Assembly: GCF_902713615.1 (NCBI RefSeq)
Contig: NC_052172.1
Location: 21,775,954-21,839,953, forward strand
Source: Scyliorhinus canicula
Taxonomy: Eukaryota
Direction: 5' to 3'
Length of the DNA stretch: 64,000 nt
Part shown: in pieces, positions 37,866 to 49,989 of the stretch
Numbering within the stretch: the stretch's first letter is position 1
Layout: each line of letters starts with the position of its first letter
Position numbers and translations under genes: made by a program
Notes under the pieces: model-generated
Databases searched by the model: none
What the model was told of the DNA's origin: nothing
Seen by the model: only the letters and a program-made list of their open reading frames with translations

Positions 37866-38381
37866 GTATAAGTGAGGGGAACATTGGAATTTTGCTAGGA
37901 CACAGACAGGGGGTGCAGGGCTTTGACACTGGGCTGTGTGGGGCGCACGCACCTCCTAATGACTGGGTAAAGAGGTAGCATAGACACGATGGGCCGAATG
38001 GGCTGCTCCTGTGCTGTGTCTGCTGGTTGGTTCCTGGTCTTTCTGCTTGTCCAGGGTGCAACTTCTGGGGTGGAGAATGGAGAACACAGACCTCAGTTCA
38101 GCTGAAGAGGCCATTCAGCCCATAGAGCCTGTTCCATCCTTCTGTGGGATCATGGTCACTCAGTGACCTAACTCTATATGTCCACTTTTGCCCCATTTCT
38201 CTTCATACCGTTAGATACTGGAGATCCATCAATCTCAGACTTAAATTTAACTAATGATGTAGGATCAACGGCCATTTGTGGAAGAGTTTCATGCTTTTAC
38301 CGCTCCTTTGTATGTAGAAGTGTTCCTCATTTCACTCAAAATTTCAACCCCTATTCGTAGACTCGTCAAATGTGGGGAGAA

Positions 38382-38605
38382 GGGGCAGCAAGGTGGCGCA
38401 GTGGTTAGCACTGCTGCCGTACGGCGCCGAGGTCCCGGGTTCGATCCCCGGCTCTGGGTCACTGTCCGTGTGGAGTTTGCACATTCTCCCCGTGTCTGCG
38501 TGGGTTTCGCCCCCACAGCCCAAAGATGTGCAGCGTAGGTGGATTGGCCACGCTAAATTGCCCCTTAATTGGAAAAAATTGGGTACTCTAAATTTAATTT
38601 AAAAA
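38382..38605 (+). mobile_element. HE1/V-SINE
   Basis: Full tRNA head, V-domain and A-rich tail. Confidence 0.85.
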
Positions 38606-39884
38606 ACAGTGGGAGATTATTCAGCAGTGAGAGTCACACACAGATAGTGCCCCCCATCACCACCTCCACTGGACACTGGCACTGGAGCAGCCACCACACT
38701 GCGTCACAGTAGCACAAGGGAAGCAGGTGGATCTTCAATGAGGAACATTACACAAGATGATAGGTCACTTGTTAATCTCCAGCCGTTTACAGAGAGCAAT
38801 GTCTTGCCCATCAGAATCTCATTGCTGCTTCTGAAACCGGTGTCAAAACAATGGATCAAAAAAAACATCACAAAGTTCACTGAGTCACAAAGGAGCTAAA
38901 CATGGAAGATAATGTCTCGGTTACATCTTCATCTCGTCACCGGTAAAACTCTGCGGAAACACACAACGGCCGAGATATCTTTCCAAAGTGTTTCTGGTCA
39001 GGTTCTTCTCCCCGTTCTCTGCCACACACGTGGCCGGGAGTGAGTGTGATGTTTGTGACACTGGGGAATGTTCCATTTAACTGAGCGTCTCGCTCATGTT
39101 TCCAGTCTGGGAATGACCATTCGGCCCCATTTGACCCTATTCTTTCCATCACCCATATTGCAGCCTTTGGCTGTTCCTTTCATGACCGTAGCCACCTCCT
39201 TCCTGGGCTACAGGTTTCAGTTGCTGTTGATCTGGGTGAAGGCAGACGTCCGAAACCTATACCCCCATCCACGTGCCCCTGTCAGAAACCCGCTTGCCAG
39301 CTCTGAGACACGGGGCCAGGACCAGCGTGCTGTGTGCACGGGAATCGCCGAATCCCATCTCAGGTTAGGTTACACACCAGATTTAAATACTATTTACAGG
39401 CGTTGGTCTGGCAGGCATTAATCTCAATGCAACCAGGGGGATCTTGCTGTGCACAAACTGGCTGGACTACACGGACGTTGTACATCACAACAGTGACTGT
39501 GTTTCAAAAGCGCTGGAGGGGCCCGAAAGCATTTTATGACATCCAATGGGAGGTGGATGTATCTTCAGCTCCTTTGCCGAGGGCTGTGGGGCAGACTGTT
39601 CATTCCGAATAAACAGACACAGTTGGTTTTTGGGATGGGATTTCTTCCTTCTGGAATTCTGGTCCTTGCCGAGTTGTCTGAACTCAGCCGGTGTGAGGGC
39701 GATGGGTTCGGATGGGAAAATCACGTCTCCTGTCACTGGTGAGGAGAGGGAAACCGGGTTCCCACATCCTACCCAACGGATGTTGCAGGACAGGACGTGA
39801 TGCCTGCCCTAGTCGATCTGCCTACCAATACTCACAGCTTCAGCTCACACGCTAAGTGCGAGTGGATTAATGGAGGATGCTGGA

Positions 39885-40125
39885 GTGGGGTGGGAGGGGG
39901 GGAATTGAACGTCAGTGGCAGTGCGGGTGGGAGGGGGGTTGAAGGTCAGTGACAGTGAGGGTGGGAGGGGGGTTGAAGGTCAGTGACAGTGAGGGTGGGA
40001 GGGGGGGTTGAAGGTCAGTGACGGGGGTTGAAGGTCATTGATAGTGGGGGGGAATTAACGGTCATTGATAATGGGGATGGGGTTGAAGGTCACTGAGAGT
40101 GGGGGAGGGAGTAGAAGGTCATAGA
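39885..40125. repeat. G-rich ~33-bp tandem repeat (gggttgaaggtcagtgacagtgagggtggga) in the presumed ZBED 3' UTR
   Basis: About 7 degenerating copies. Confidence 0.8.
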
Positions 40126-40251
40126 CAGTTGCGTGGAGCACATGGGGTCAATAAGCTATTGGCTAGAGATTCAAATGAACCCCAATTGATGAACAAGTTG
40201 AGAAACAAATTAAATCTGGCGACTCCCCGTGTCCACAGGCCGGTGCCGACC

Positions 40252-42254
40252 TCATTGTCTGTATCTCTTTAGTGATTCGATATAATCAAAGTTTTTGTGC
40301 AAGAAGAGGATTTGGTCAATGTCCTCTGGCAGCAGAGCTGACCTGGCCTGCTCTGGGATGCTATTGGAACAGAAGAACGCGGTGGTAGCCGACACAGAGG
40401 TGGCAGGAATGGCCAGGTACTGCCTGGCCAGGTTGGCCACCACCGGGAATCGATGCTCGTTGTTTTTCCACCACTCGAAGGGGTTGGTGTTGCGTTTACG
40501 CAGGGGCTCGGCCAGGTAACTCTCCAGCTGCTGGTGAATCTCTGGCATGCGCTCAGTGGGGTCTTCGCCGAACAGGAGGTCGTACTCACACTGGCTGGGT
40601 CGGTGGCTCCCCTTGCGGTCCCGGTGCTTGCCGCCCAGCTCGTGTTCTCTGGCACTGTGCTCGTCTGAGGAGGAGCTGGATGAGTGAGACTGAGGACTGA
40701 CCACAGCACTGGACAGCATGTTCTTCACCTTATTGTGGACCTTGTCACGCGTGTCCGCACTCAGGAAGCGCAGGTCCTTGAATCGTGGATCTAAAAAGGA
40801 TGCCACAATGGCCGGACTCTCCATCATTACATCGTCATCAGGGAGGTGCCAACGTTTAGCTATCTCGGTCCTGATCTTTGCACTCACTGTCCGGACGATA
40901 CAGCCTGGGTCACCGTGGTGATGCCTGAGGGCTGTTATCACCCCATGAAGACAGGGGACCAAGGAGGACACAGAGGCATTCTGCTCCTCACTGAGGAAAG
41001 ACGATGCTACTTTCAAAGTCTTCAGGATGGGCAGTAATCCTGCAGGAGTTTCCACTGGTGATCAGAGAGGTTTTGGACAGTCAGACTCCCAGCTCGATCC
41101 TCCTCCAGCACCATGCTCACTGCCCAGCGCAGCTCCAACAGTCTCTCACACATGTCGAAGGTGCTGCTCCAGCGAGTGGCAGAGTCCATGACCAGTGCCA
41201 GCCTCTCTTTGTTCATTTCTGCCAGCTTGGCGCCCAGTTCGGCATTTGCCCGGGGGCTGTGCACAAAGTGGTTGACGATGCGTCGAGCGACGCTCAGCGT
41301 GTGCTGCACCTGCTCCACCTGCAGCCCCAGTTTGATGCACAGCTGCAGCATGCGGCCAGCGCAACAGAGACTGGACCAGCCAAAGCGCTCCTGCAGCAGG
41401 CGGGCGCTGCTCAGGAGGCCGCTCGCGCTGTCGTGCACCACGCAGCTCACCGCTTTGCAGGAGACACCAAACTCGCCGGCGACGGTGTAGAGCACCTCCC
41501 CGACATAATCTGGCGCTGGGTTGTACTGGGGGGTGGTCTTGAGAACACAGCGGGCCAAGCGCCAGCGACAGTCAATGAAATGGCCCACGATGGTCAGGTA
41601 GGTCTGTTTGCCCTGGGACGCCCAGGTATCTGTGGAGAGAGTCAGAGATGGGACTGAGTGTAGATGGTGCTCCAGCTGTAACTTGGCGATGGTGTATTTG
41701 TGTCTCAGGTTAGTGGCTAAAAGGGTGCTTGATGGTATTTTATAACTTGGCTCCAGGAAGCTAAGCAGCCTCTTAAAGCCCTCGTTATTGATGACAGAGA
41801 GAGGCTGCAAGTCCCGGAAAACCATTCCCAGAATCAGGTCACTGATCACCTCCTCTCTTTTCTCTGAGCAAGGTCTGGCGTCGTGCAGGACCAGTTGGGA
41901 GATGCTCACTGGCTTGTTCTTCTTCACTTCGGGCTCTTGCCCCATGGACTCAGAGGACGAGGACCCCTCGTCGTGGGACTGCCGGAGGTCGAGCTCACTG
42001 AGGTTGTGTTTGCGTCTCAGATGCTCACGCAAGGCTGGTCATGCTGTTGTGGTAACACAGCTGCTTCCGACAGAGGCTGCATTCCACGCAGCGCTCGTTC
42101 AGCTTCTTGAAGAACTCCCACGTCGTCTGCGAGCTTTCCTGGCAGCTCACAGGCGAGGCTCGTTTGTAGCTCAGCTCATTTCCCTTCCTCCTTCTGGAAC
42201 CCACACTCCCATCCCTGGCCAGGTGATAGGATCGCAAAACCATGGAGAGCTCGT
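40252..42254 (-). CDS. ZBED-like gene, last exon: BED finger 2, hAT RNase-H-like core and hATC dimerisation domain (two 1-nt indels as assembled)
   Basis: ttgcag|AC acceptor; WEFF...VECSLC...YHNSMTS[fs]LREHLRRKH; STDTW, VVHDS, TRWSS, FLDPRFK, WWK...FP...LARQYLAIPATS, LFLHKN; frames break at ~42033 and ~41037. Confidence 0.85.
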
Positions 42255-42384
42255 CTGCAAATAATACAAAAACATTCAGGGCACCCAGTTCATTTAATCA
42301 GACCATAACTCAGAATGTACAGCACAGAGCCAGCCCATCAGACAACAGATCTGTACTGATGTTCATGGTCAAGTCTCCTCCCTC

Positions 42385-42612
42385 GGGGCAGCACGGTGGC
42401 ACAGTGGTTAGCATTGCTGCCTATGGCACTGAGGACCCGAGTTTGAATCCCAGCCCCGGGTCACTGTCCGTGTGGAGTTTGCACATTCTCCCTGTGTTTG
42501 CGTGGGTTTCACCCCCACAACCCAAAGATGTGCAGGGTAGGTGGATTGGCCACGCTAAATTGCTCCTTAATTGGAAAAAATAATTGGGTACTCTAAATTT
42601 CTTTTTTTTTAA
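42385..42612 (+). mobile_element. HE1/V-SINE in ZBED intron
   Basis: tRNA head and V-domain. Confidence 0.85.
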
Positions 42613-42717
42613 AACTCTCCTCCCTCGACTTCTACCTCACCCTATCCTTCTATTCCTTTCCACCTCATGTGTTTATCCAGCTTACCCTTATATGTCTCAA
42701 AACTTTACCTCCAATCA

Positions 42718-43097
42718 TTCCCTGTGGGAGCGAGTCCCACATTCTCCCCACTCCCCGTGGGAGTGAGTCCCACATTCTCCCCACTCCCCGTGGGAGCGAG
42801 TCCCACATTCTCCCCACTCCCTGTGGGAGCGAGTCCCACATTCTCCCACTCCCTGTGGGAGCGAGTCCCACATTCTCCCCACTCCCCGTGGGAGTGAGTC
42901 CCACATTCTCCCCACTCCCCGTGGGAGCGAGTCCCACATTCTCCCCACATCCCCGTGGGAGCGAGTCCCACATTCTCCCCACTCCCCGTGGGAGCGAGTC
43001 CCATAGTCTCCACACTCCCCGTGGGAGCGAGTCCCACATTCTCCCCACTCCCTGTGGGAGCGAGTCCCACATTCTCCCCACTCCCTGTGGGAGCGAG
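42718..43097. repeat. 33-bp minisatellite (ctcccYgtgggagcgagtcccacattctcccca)n
   Basis: About 11.5 copies; explains the 11-aa repeat ORFs in several frames. Confidence 0.95.
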
Positions 43098-43163
43098 TAC
43101 TGACAGAGTTCATTAGCACTGGCTAATTTTGATCTAAGATTCCACACTATATTGTGACTGTAC

Positions 43164-43299
43164 CTTCAGCTAATGCAGTGCAGGATTCGGCAACCCCAGC
43201 AAAGGGGTAGATTTCCTGGTCCTCATCGGACTCCAGTTGAGCTGCACACTCTCGCAGCATCTCGGATATCCTCTTACTGCTGTGTGCCGGCAGGGTTAC
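43164..43299 (-). CDS. ZBED-like gene, internal exon VTLPAHSSKRISEMLRECAAQLESDEDQEIYPFAGVAESCTALAE(D)
   Basis: ctccctgaag|GTA...GAAG|gtacag, 136 nt, open; phase 0 in and phase 1 out match both neighbours. Confidence 0.75.
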
Positions 43300-43897
43300 C
43301 TTCAGGGAGAGAGGGATGGAACAACATTACAGTATTAGCTTTTTCGAAGCCTGTCCTGTGATGATAAGAATTTGGCTAAAGAGTCCACACATTCCCATCT
43401 CAGAGCTGGCACTGATACACGGATAAGGAAGCTCGGTGGGGGTTGGGTGGGTGTGTGTGTGGGGGGGGGGGGGGGGGGGGGGGGGGTTTGAGGTGCACTG
43501 GGAGGAGGAAAGGGATGTTGGGCGGCATTGTCATTTTTATTATTTGTTGAGCTACACGGACCAGATGTTCACAAACTCCATCCCGGGTTGGCTGAACTCA
43601 GTGGGAAACCAGCCAAGCTGCTGAAACTCGCAATAGGAGGCTGGAGAGGAGGAACCACAGTGAGGGGAGGGGGAGGGAGAGGGAAGGGGAGGGGGAGGGA
43701 GGGGAAAGGGAGGGGAGGGAGCAGTGAAAGGCACTAAAAGACAAACAACTTGTTCGTAACTCGAGCCTTTGACACAATCACAAGGAGCTCCTCACAGGTA
43801 TTTAGAAATCAATATTTCACCCTGACCCACAACTGGGGGTAATTAGGGCAGCTGGCAGTTTGAAGAAATGGTAGAATTTGAGGAGAAACTGTGAATT

Positions 43898-44245
43898 AGG
43901 GCAGCACGGTAGCATTGTGCAATTGCTTCACAGCTCCAGGGCCCCAGGTTCGATTCCGGTTTGGGTCACTGTGTGTGCGGAGTCTGCACATCCTCCCCGT
44001 ATGTGCGTGGGTTTCCTCCGGGTTCTCCGGTTTCCTCCCACAGTCCAAAGATGTGCGGTTAGGTGGATTGGCCATGCTAAATTGCCCTTAGTGTTGGGTG
44101 GGGTTACTGGGTTGTGGGGTTACTGGGTTATGGGGATAGGCTGGAGTTGTTGACCTTGGGTAGAGTACTCTTTCCATGAGCCGGCGCAGACTCGATGGGC
44201 CGAATGGCCTCCTTCTGCACTGTAAATTCTGTGAATTCTATGAAT
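43898..44245 (+). mobile_element. HE1 SINE with HER1 tail
   Basis: Ends gggccgaatggcctccttctgcactgtaaattct. Confidence 0.85.
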
Positions 44246-44310
44246 TGGGGATTGTACGTGGACAGGGTCACATCTCCTAATGTCACCTTCCAAAGGGAAG
44301 AAGAACTTAC

Positions 44311-44604
44311 AGGACTGTCTATCCCAATAAGTTGTGTGATTTTTGGAGTCCTGTCCTTGATGGTCAGAATGGCGGGGGTCCGCTCAACCCTGCTGTCTCC
44401 CTGCACCTTGTTGTGGTCAGTCAGCTCCTCTGTGAAGTGGATGCGGTGATTCCTCTCCAGGTGCAGCCGCAGCACAGTGCCACTGCCAGACGTGACCAGC
44501 TCTTTGCTGCAGATGTTGCACACGATGGTCTTATCATCCCTCCGAGTTACATATTTCCAGAGCTCACTGGCCCGGGGCATCCCCGAGCCTCCGTGACTCC
44601 GCAT
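44311..44604 (-). CDS. ZBED-like gene, first coding exon with BED finger 1
   Basis: Acceptor ttgcag at 44622; in-frame ATGs at 44604 and 44580; SELWKYV...VCNICSKEL...[12 protein letters not shown]; donor CCT|gtaagt. Confidence 0.85.
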
Positions 44605-44689
44605 CAGCTCCGGCCGGCCTGACTGCAATACAACAGGGAGATGGGTCACATCAGGTCCTCTCCAGCCTGCCACTCCCTCACCCTCCCCC

Positions 44690-47600
44690 ACCCACCATGC
44701 CTCCCCCAGCCCTCACACACCCTCCCTCCCTCCCCCACTCACCACCCCTCCATCCCTCACACCCCCCCCATCCTTCACACCCCCATCCCTCACACCCCCC
44801 ATCCCTCACAACCCCCCTCCATCCTTCACACCCCCCTCCATCCTTCACATCCCCCCAACCCTCACAACCCCTCCATCCCTCACACCCCCATCCCTCACAC
44901 CCCCCATCCCTCACAACCCCCCCCATCCTTCACATCCCCCCAACCCTCACATCCCCCTCCATCCCTCACAACCCCCCCTCCATCCTCAGACACCCCTCCA
45001 TCCCGCACACCCCCCTCCATCCTTCACATCCCCCTCCATCCCTCGCACCCCCCCAACCCTCACATCCCCCTCCATCCCTCGCATCCCCCCCATCCCTCAC
45101 ACCCCCCCATCCCTCACACCCCCCCATCCCTCACACCCCCCTATCCCTCACACCCCCCATCCCTCACAACCCCCTCTCCATCCTTCACATCCCCCCCAAC
45201 CCTCACACCCCCCCCTCCATCCCTCACCCCTCTCCATCCCTCACCCCTCTCCATCCCTCACCCCTCTCCATCCCTCAGACACCCCCCTCCATCCCTCACC
45301 CCCCTCCATCCCTCGCACGCCCCCTCCATCCCTCGCACGCCCCCTCCATCCCTCGCACCCCCCTCCATCCCTCGCACCCCCTCCATCCCTCACCCCCCTC
45401 CCTCCATCCCTCACCCCCCTCCATCCCACACCCCCCCTCCATCCCTCACACCCCCCGCTCCATCCCACCCCCCTCCATCCCTTACAGCCCCGCTCCATCC
45501 CTCACACCCTCCCCATCCCTCACACCCCCCTCCATCCCTCACAACCCCTTCCATCCCTCACACCACCCCCCCATCCCTCACACCACCCCCCCATCCCTCA
45601 CCCCTACATACCTCACCCCTCCATCCCTCATACCCCCCCATTCCCTCACACCCCCCCCCCATCCCATCCCTCACACCCCCACCCCCCACTCACTCTCTTC
45701 TCCCTCACTCACCCCCCTCCATCCCTCACACCCCCCCTCCATCCCTCACACCCCACCTCCATCCCTCACACCCCACCTCCATCCCTCACACCCCACCTCC
45801 ATCCCTCACACACCGCCCTCCATCCCTCACACCCCCCATCCCTCACACCCCCTCATTCCCTCACACCCCCTCATTCCCTCACACCCCCTCATTCCCTCAC
45901 ACCCCCCATCCCTCACACCCCCACCCCCCATCCCTCCAACCCCCCCATTCCCTCACACGCCCCCATCCCTCACACCCCCACCCCCAATCACTCACACCCC
46001 CACATCACTCACACCCCCACCCCCATCACTCACACCCCCATCCCTCACACCCCCACTCACTCTCTTCTCCTTCCCTCCATCCCACACCCCCCCTCCATCC
46101 CACCCCCTTCCATCCCACACCCCCCTCCATCCCACACCCCCCTCCATCCCACACCCCCCCTCAATCCCACACGCCCCCCCTCCATCCCCCCCCCCCCTCC
46201 ATCCCACCCCCTTTCCATCCCACACCCCCCTCCATCCCACACCCCCCCTCCATACCAACCCCCCATCCCGCACCCCCCCTCCATCCAACACCCCCCCTCC
46301 ATCCCACACACACCCCCTCCATCCCACCCCCGCTCCATCACACCCCCAGCTCCATCCCTCACTCACTCTCCCCTCCATCCCTCACTCACCCTCCCCTCCA
46401 TCCCTCACTCACCCCCCCCTCCATCCCTCACCCCCCCCCCTCACCCCTTCCATCCCTCCCCCCCTTCATCCCTCACCCCCCCTCCATCCGTCACTCCCCC
46501 CCCTCCATCCGTCACTCCCCCCTCCTCCATCCCTCACCCCCCCTCCCTCACCCCCCCTTCATCCCTCACCCCCCCTCCATCCGTCACTCCCCCCCCTCCA
46601 TCCGTCACTCCCCCCCCTCCATCCGTCACTCCCCCCCTCCATCCCTCTCACCCCCCCGTCCCTCTCACCCCCCTCCATCTTTCACCCCACTCCATCCCTC
46701 ACCCCACTCCATCCCTCACACCCCCCTCCATCCCTCACCCCCCCTCCATCCCTCATCCCTCACCCCCCCCATCCCTCACCCCCCCCCCCCTCCCCCTCAC
46801 ACACCCCCTCCATCCCTCACACCCCCCTCCATCCCCACCCCCCCCTCCATCCCTCACCCCCCCTCCATCCCCCCCCCTCCATCCATCCTTCACCCCCCTC
46901 CATCCCTCACACACCCCTCCATCCCGCACACCTCCCTCCATCCCTCACACCCCCCTCCCACCCCTCACACCCCCCTCCACCCCTCACACCCCCCTCCATT
47001 CCTCACACCCCCCCCTCCATCCCTCACACCCCTCCCCGCTCCATCCCTCACACCCCCCCTCTCCATCCCTCACACCCTCCCCCTCTCCATCCCTCACACC
47101 CTCCCCCTCTCCATCCCTCACACCCCCCCGTCTCCATCCCTCACACCCCCCCTCTCATCCCTCACACCCCCCCCCCCCTCTCCATCCCTCACACCCCCCC
47201 CTCTCCATCCCTCACACCCCCCCTCTCCATCCCTCACACCCCCCCTCTCCATCCCTCACACCCCCCCCCTCTCCGTCCCTCACACCCCCCCTCTCCATCC
47301 CGCCACCCCCCCCCTCCATCCCTCACCCCCCCCCCTCCCATCCCTCACCCCCCCCCCTCTCCATCCCTCACCCCTCTCCATCCCTCACCCCTCTCCATCC
47401 CTCACCCCTCTCCATCCCTCACCCCTCTCCATCCCTCACCCCTCTCCATCCCTCACCCCTCTCCATCCCTCACACCCCCTCACCCCCCCTCTCCATCCCT
47501 CACACAGGGAAACCCCCCTCTTCCATCCCTCACACCCCCCTTCACTCCATCCCGTCACACCCCCCCCTCTCCTCCATCACACCCACTCATCCATCCCTCA

Positions 47601-49170
47601 CAACCTCACAACCCCCCCTCTCCCATCCCTCACCCCCACCCCTCTCCATCCCTCACCCCTCTCCATCCCTCACCCCTCTCCATCCCTCACCCCTCTCCAT
47701 CCCTCACCCCCCCTCTCCATCCCTCACCCCCCCCCCTCCTCCGTCCCTCACTCCCCCCCCCTCCGTCCCTCACCCCCCCCCCTCTCCGTCCCTCACACCC
47801 CCCCTCCATCCCTCACACCACCAACCCCAATCCCCCCCTCAACACCCACCACCCCCATCCCTCACACCACCACCCCCCCATCCCTCACACCACCACCACC
47901 CCCATCCCTCACACCACACCCCCCCTCACACACACACCCCCCCTCTCCGTCCCTCACACCCCCCCTCTCCGTCCCTCACACCACCCCCCCATCCCTCACA
48001 CCACCACCCCCATCCCTCACACACACCCCCCCCTCACACACACACCCCCCCTCTCCATCCCTCACACCCCCCCCCTCCCCACACCCCCCCCTCCATCCCT
48101 CACACCCCCCTCCATCCCTCACACCCCCCCTCCATCCCTCACCCCCCCCTCCATCCCTCACACCCCCCCCCCTCCCTCACACCCCCCCCCTCCATCCCCC
48201 ACCCCCCCCTCCATCCCTCACACCCCCCCCCCATCCCTCACACTCTCCCCCCCCCATCCCTCACACCCCCCCCTCCATCCCTCACACACCCCCCTCCATC
48301 CCTCCACCCCCCCCTCCATCCCTCACACCCCCCCCTCCATCCTCACACCCCCCCCTCCGCCCTCCACCCCCCCCTCCATCCCTCACACCCCCCCCTCCAT
48401 CCCTCACACCCCCCCCATCCCTCACACCTCTCCATCCCTCACCCCCCCCTCCATCCCTCACACCCCCCCCTCCATCCCTCCACACACCCCCCCCTCCATC
48501 CCTCACACCCCCCCTCCATCCCTCACACCCCCTCTCCATCCCTCACACCCCCCCTCCATCCCTCACACCCCCCCTCCATCCCTCACACCCCCCCCCCCAC
48601 CCCCACACCCCCCCCTCCATCCCTCACCCCCCCCCCCCTCCATCCCTCACACCCCCCCCTCCATCCCTCACACCCCCCCCCCTCCATCCCTCACACACCC
48701 CCCCCTCCATCCCTCACACCCCCCCCTCCATCCCTCACACCCCCCCCCCCCCTCCATCCCTCACACCCCCCCCTCCATCCCTCCACACCCCCCCCTCCCA
48801 TCCCTCACACCCCCCCCCTCCATCCCTCACACCCCCCCTCCATCCCTCACACCCCCCCCTCCATCCCTCACACCCCCCTCCATCCCTCACCCCCCCTCCA
48901 TCCCTCACACCCCCCCTCCATCCCTCACCCCTCTCCATCCCTCACCCCCCTCCATCCCTCACACCCCCCCTCCATCCCTCACACCCCCCCCTCCATCCCT
49001 CACACCCCCCTCCATCCCTCACACCCCCCCCTCCATCCCTCACACCCCCCCCTCCATCCCTCACACCCCCCCTCCATCCCTCACACCCCCCCCCCATCCC
49101 TCACCCCTCTCTCCATCCCTCACACCCCCCCCCATCCCTCACCCCTCTCTCCATCCCTCACACCACACCC
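44690..49170. repeat. ~4.5-kb C-rich satellite, (ccatccctcacacccc)n variants, in ZBED intron 1
   Basis: Plus strand almost free of G; hundreds of degenerate units. Confidence 0.97.
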
Positions 49171-49189
49171 CCCGCATCCTGTCACTCAC

Positions 49190-49386
49190 TCTCTTCTTCC
49201 CTCCAGCCTCCCTCAGTCACTATCTCTCGGTTGTCACGGAAACGCGGCTCGAGGTTCCCGGAAGCGGCTCCGCAGCAACAGGAAGTGACGCAGATTTGGG
49301 GCCTGTCTGTATCTAAGCCCCGCCCCCGGTCTCCACGGAAACGCGGCCTGGTTCCGCTCGGAGCCTCACTCCAGCCCGGCCCGCGG
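49190..49386. promoter_or_regulatory. Bidirectional CpG-rich promoter and non-coding first exons of ZBED-like (-) and MRPS12 (+)
   Basis: Minus-strand donor |gtgagt below 49190, plus-strand donor G|gtgagt after 49386; ETS CCGGAAG 49258 and CAGGAAGTG 49279, TGACGCA 49286, GC box 49317-49327, cacggaaacgcggc twice (49235, 49334). Confidence 0.75.
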
Positions 49387-49429
49387 GTGAGTTTCCCCCG
49401 GATCCGGCCCCGTACCTCCGGGAATTATC

Positions 49430-49850
49430 CTCAGTACCTCTGGGGTTGGGTCTGGGTGGTCAGTTAGGCTCAGTACCTCTGGGGTCTGGGAGGTCAGTTA
49501 GGCTCAGTACCTCTGGGGTCTGGGAGGTCAGTTAGCCTCAGTACCCCTGGGGTTGGGTCTGGGTGGTCAGTTAGCCTCAGTACCCCTGGGGTCTGGGAGG
49601 TCAGTTAGCCTCAGTACCTCTGGGAGGTCTGTTAGCCTCAGTACCTCTGGGAGGTCAGATAGCCTCTGTACCCCTGGGGTTCGGTCTGGGTGGTCAGTTA
49701 GCCTCAGTACCCCTGGGGTTGGGTCTGGGAGGTCAGTTAGCCTCAGTACCCCTGGGGTCTGGGAGGTCAGTTAGCCTCAGTACCCCTGGGGTTGGGTCTG
49801 GGAGGTCAGTTAGCCTCAGTACCCCTGGGGTTGGGTCTGGGTGGTCAGTT
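49430..49850. repeat. 33/39-bp minisatellite (ctcagtaccYctggggt[tgggt]ctgggaggtcagttagc)n
   Basis: About 12 copies in MRPS12 intron 1. Confidence 0.9.
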
Positions 49851-49989
49851 GCTGGACCCAATGCCAATAGTTCACCAATGACTCTGGCTGCACAGAATTG
49901 GGCATGATGCCCCATCCAGTCAAGTATCATATTCGCCCTCTTTGTCCTGCTTGATCACCCTGATTGGGGCATTTGCTTGATTGGGAGGG

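Noticed and set aside
40252-44622. Active autonomous hAT transposon, or programmed ribosomal frameshifting
   Set aside because: Catalytic Glu and CxxH His are absent and no TIR/TSD was seen; neither indel sits at a slippery heptamer.
44641-49467. 1608-aa and 1539-aa Pro/His/Ser-rich ORFs (extensin-like)
   Set aside because: They are translations of a G-free C-rich satellite that cannot easily form stop codons; open in several frames and antisense within ZBED intron 1.
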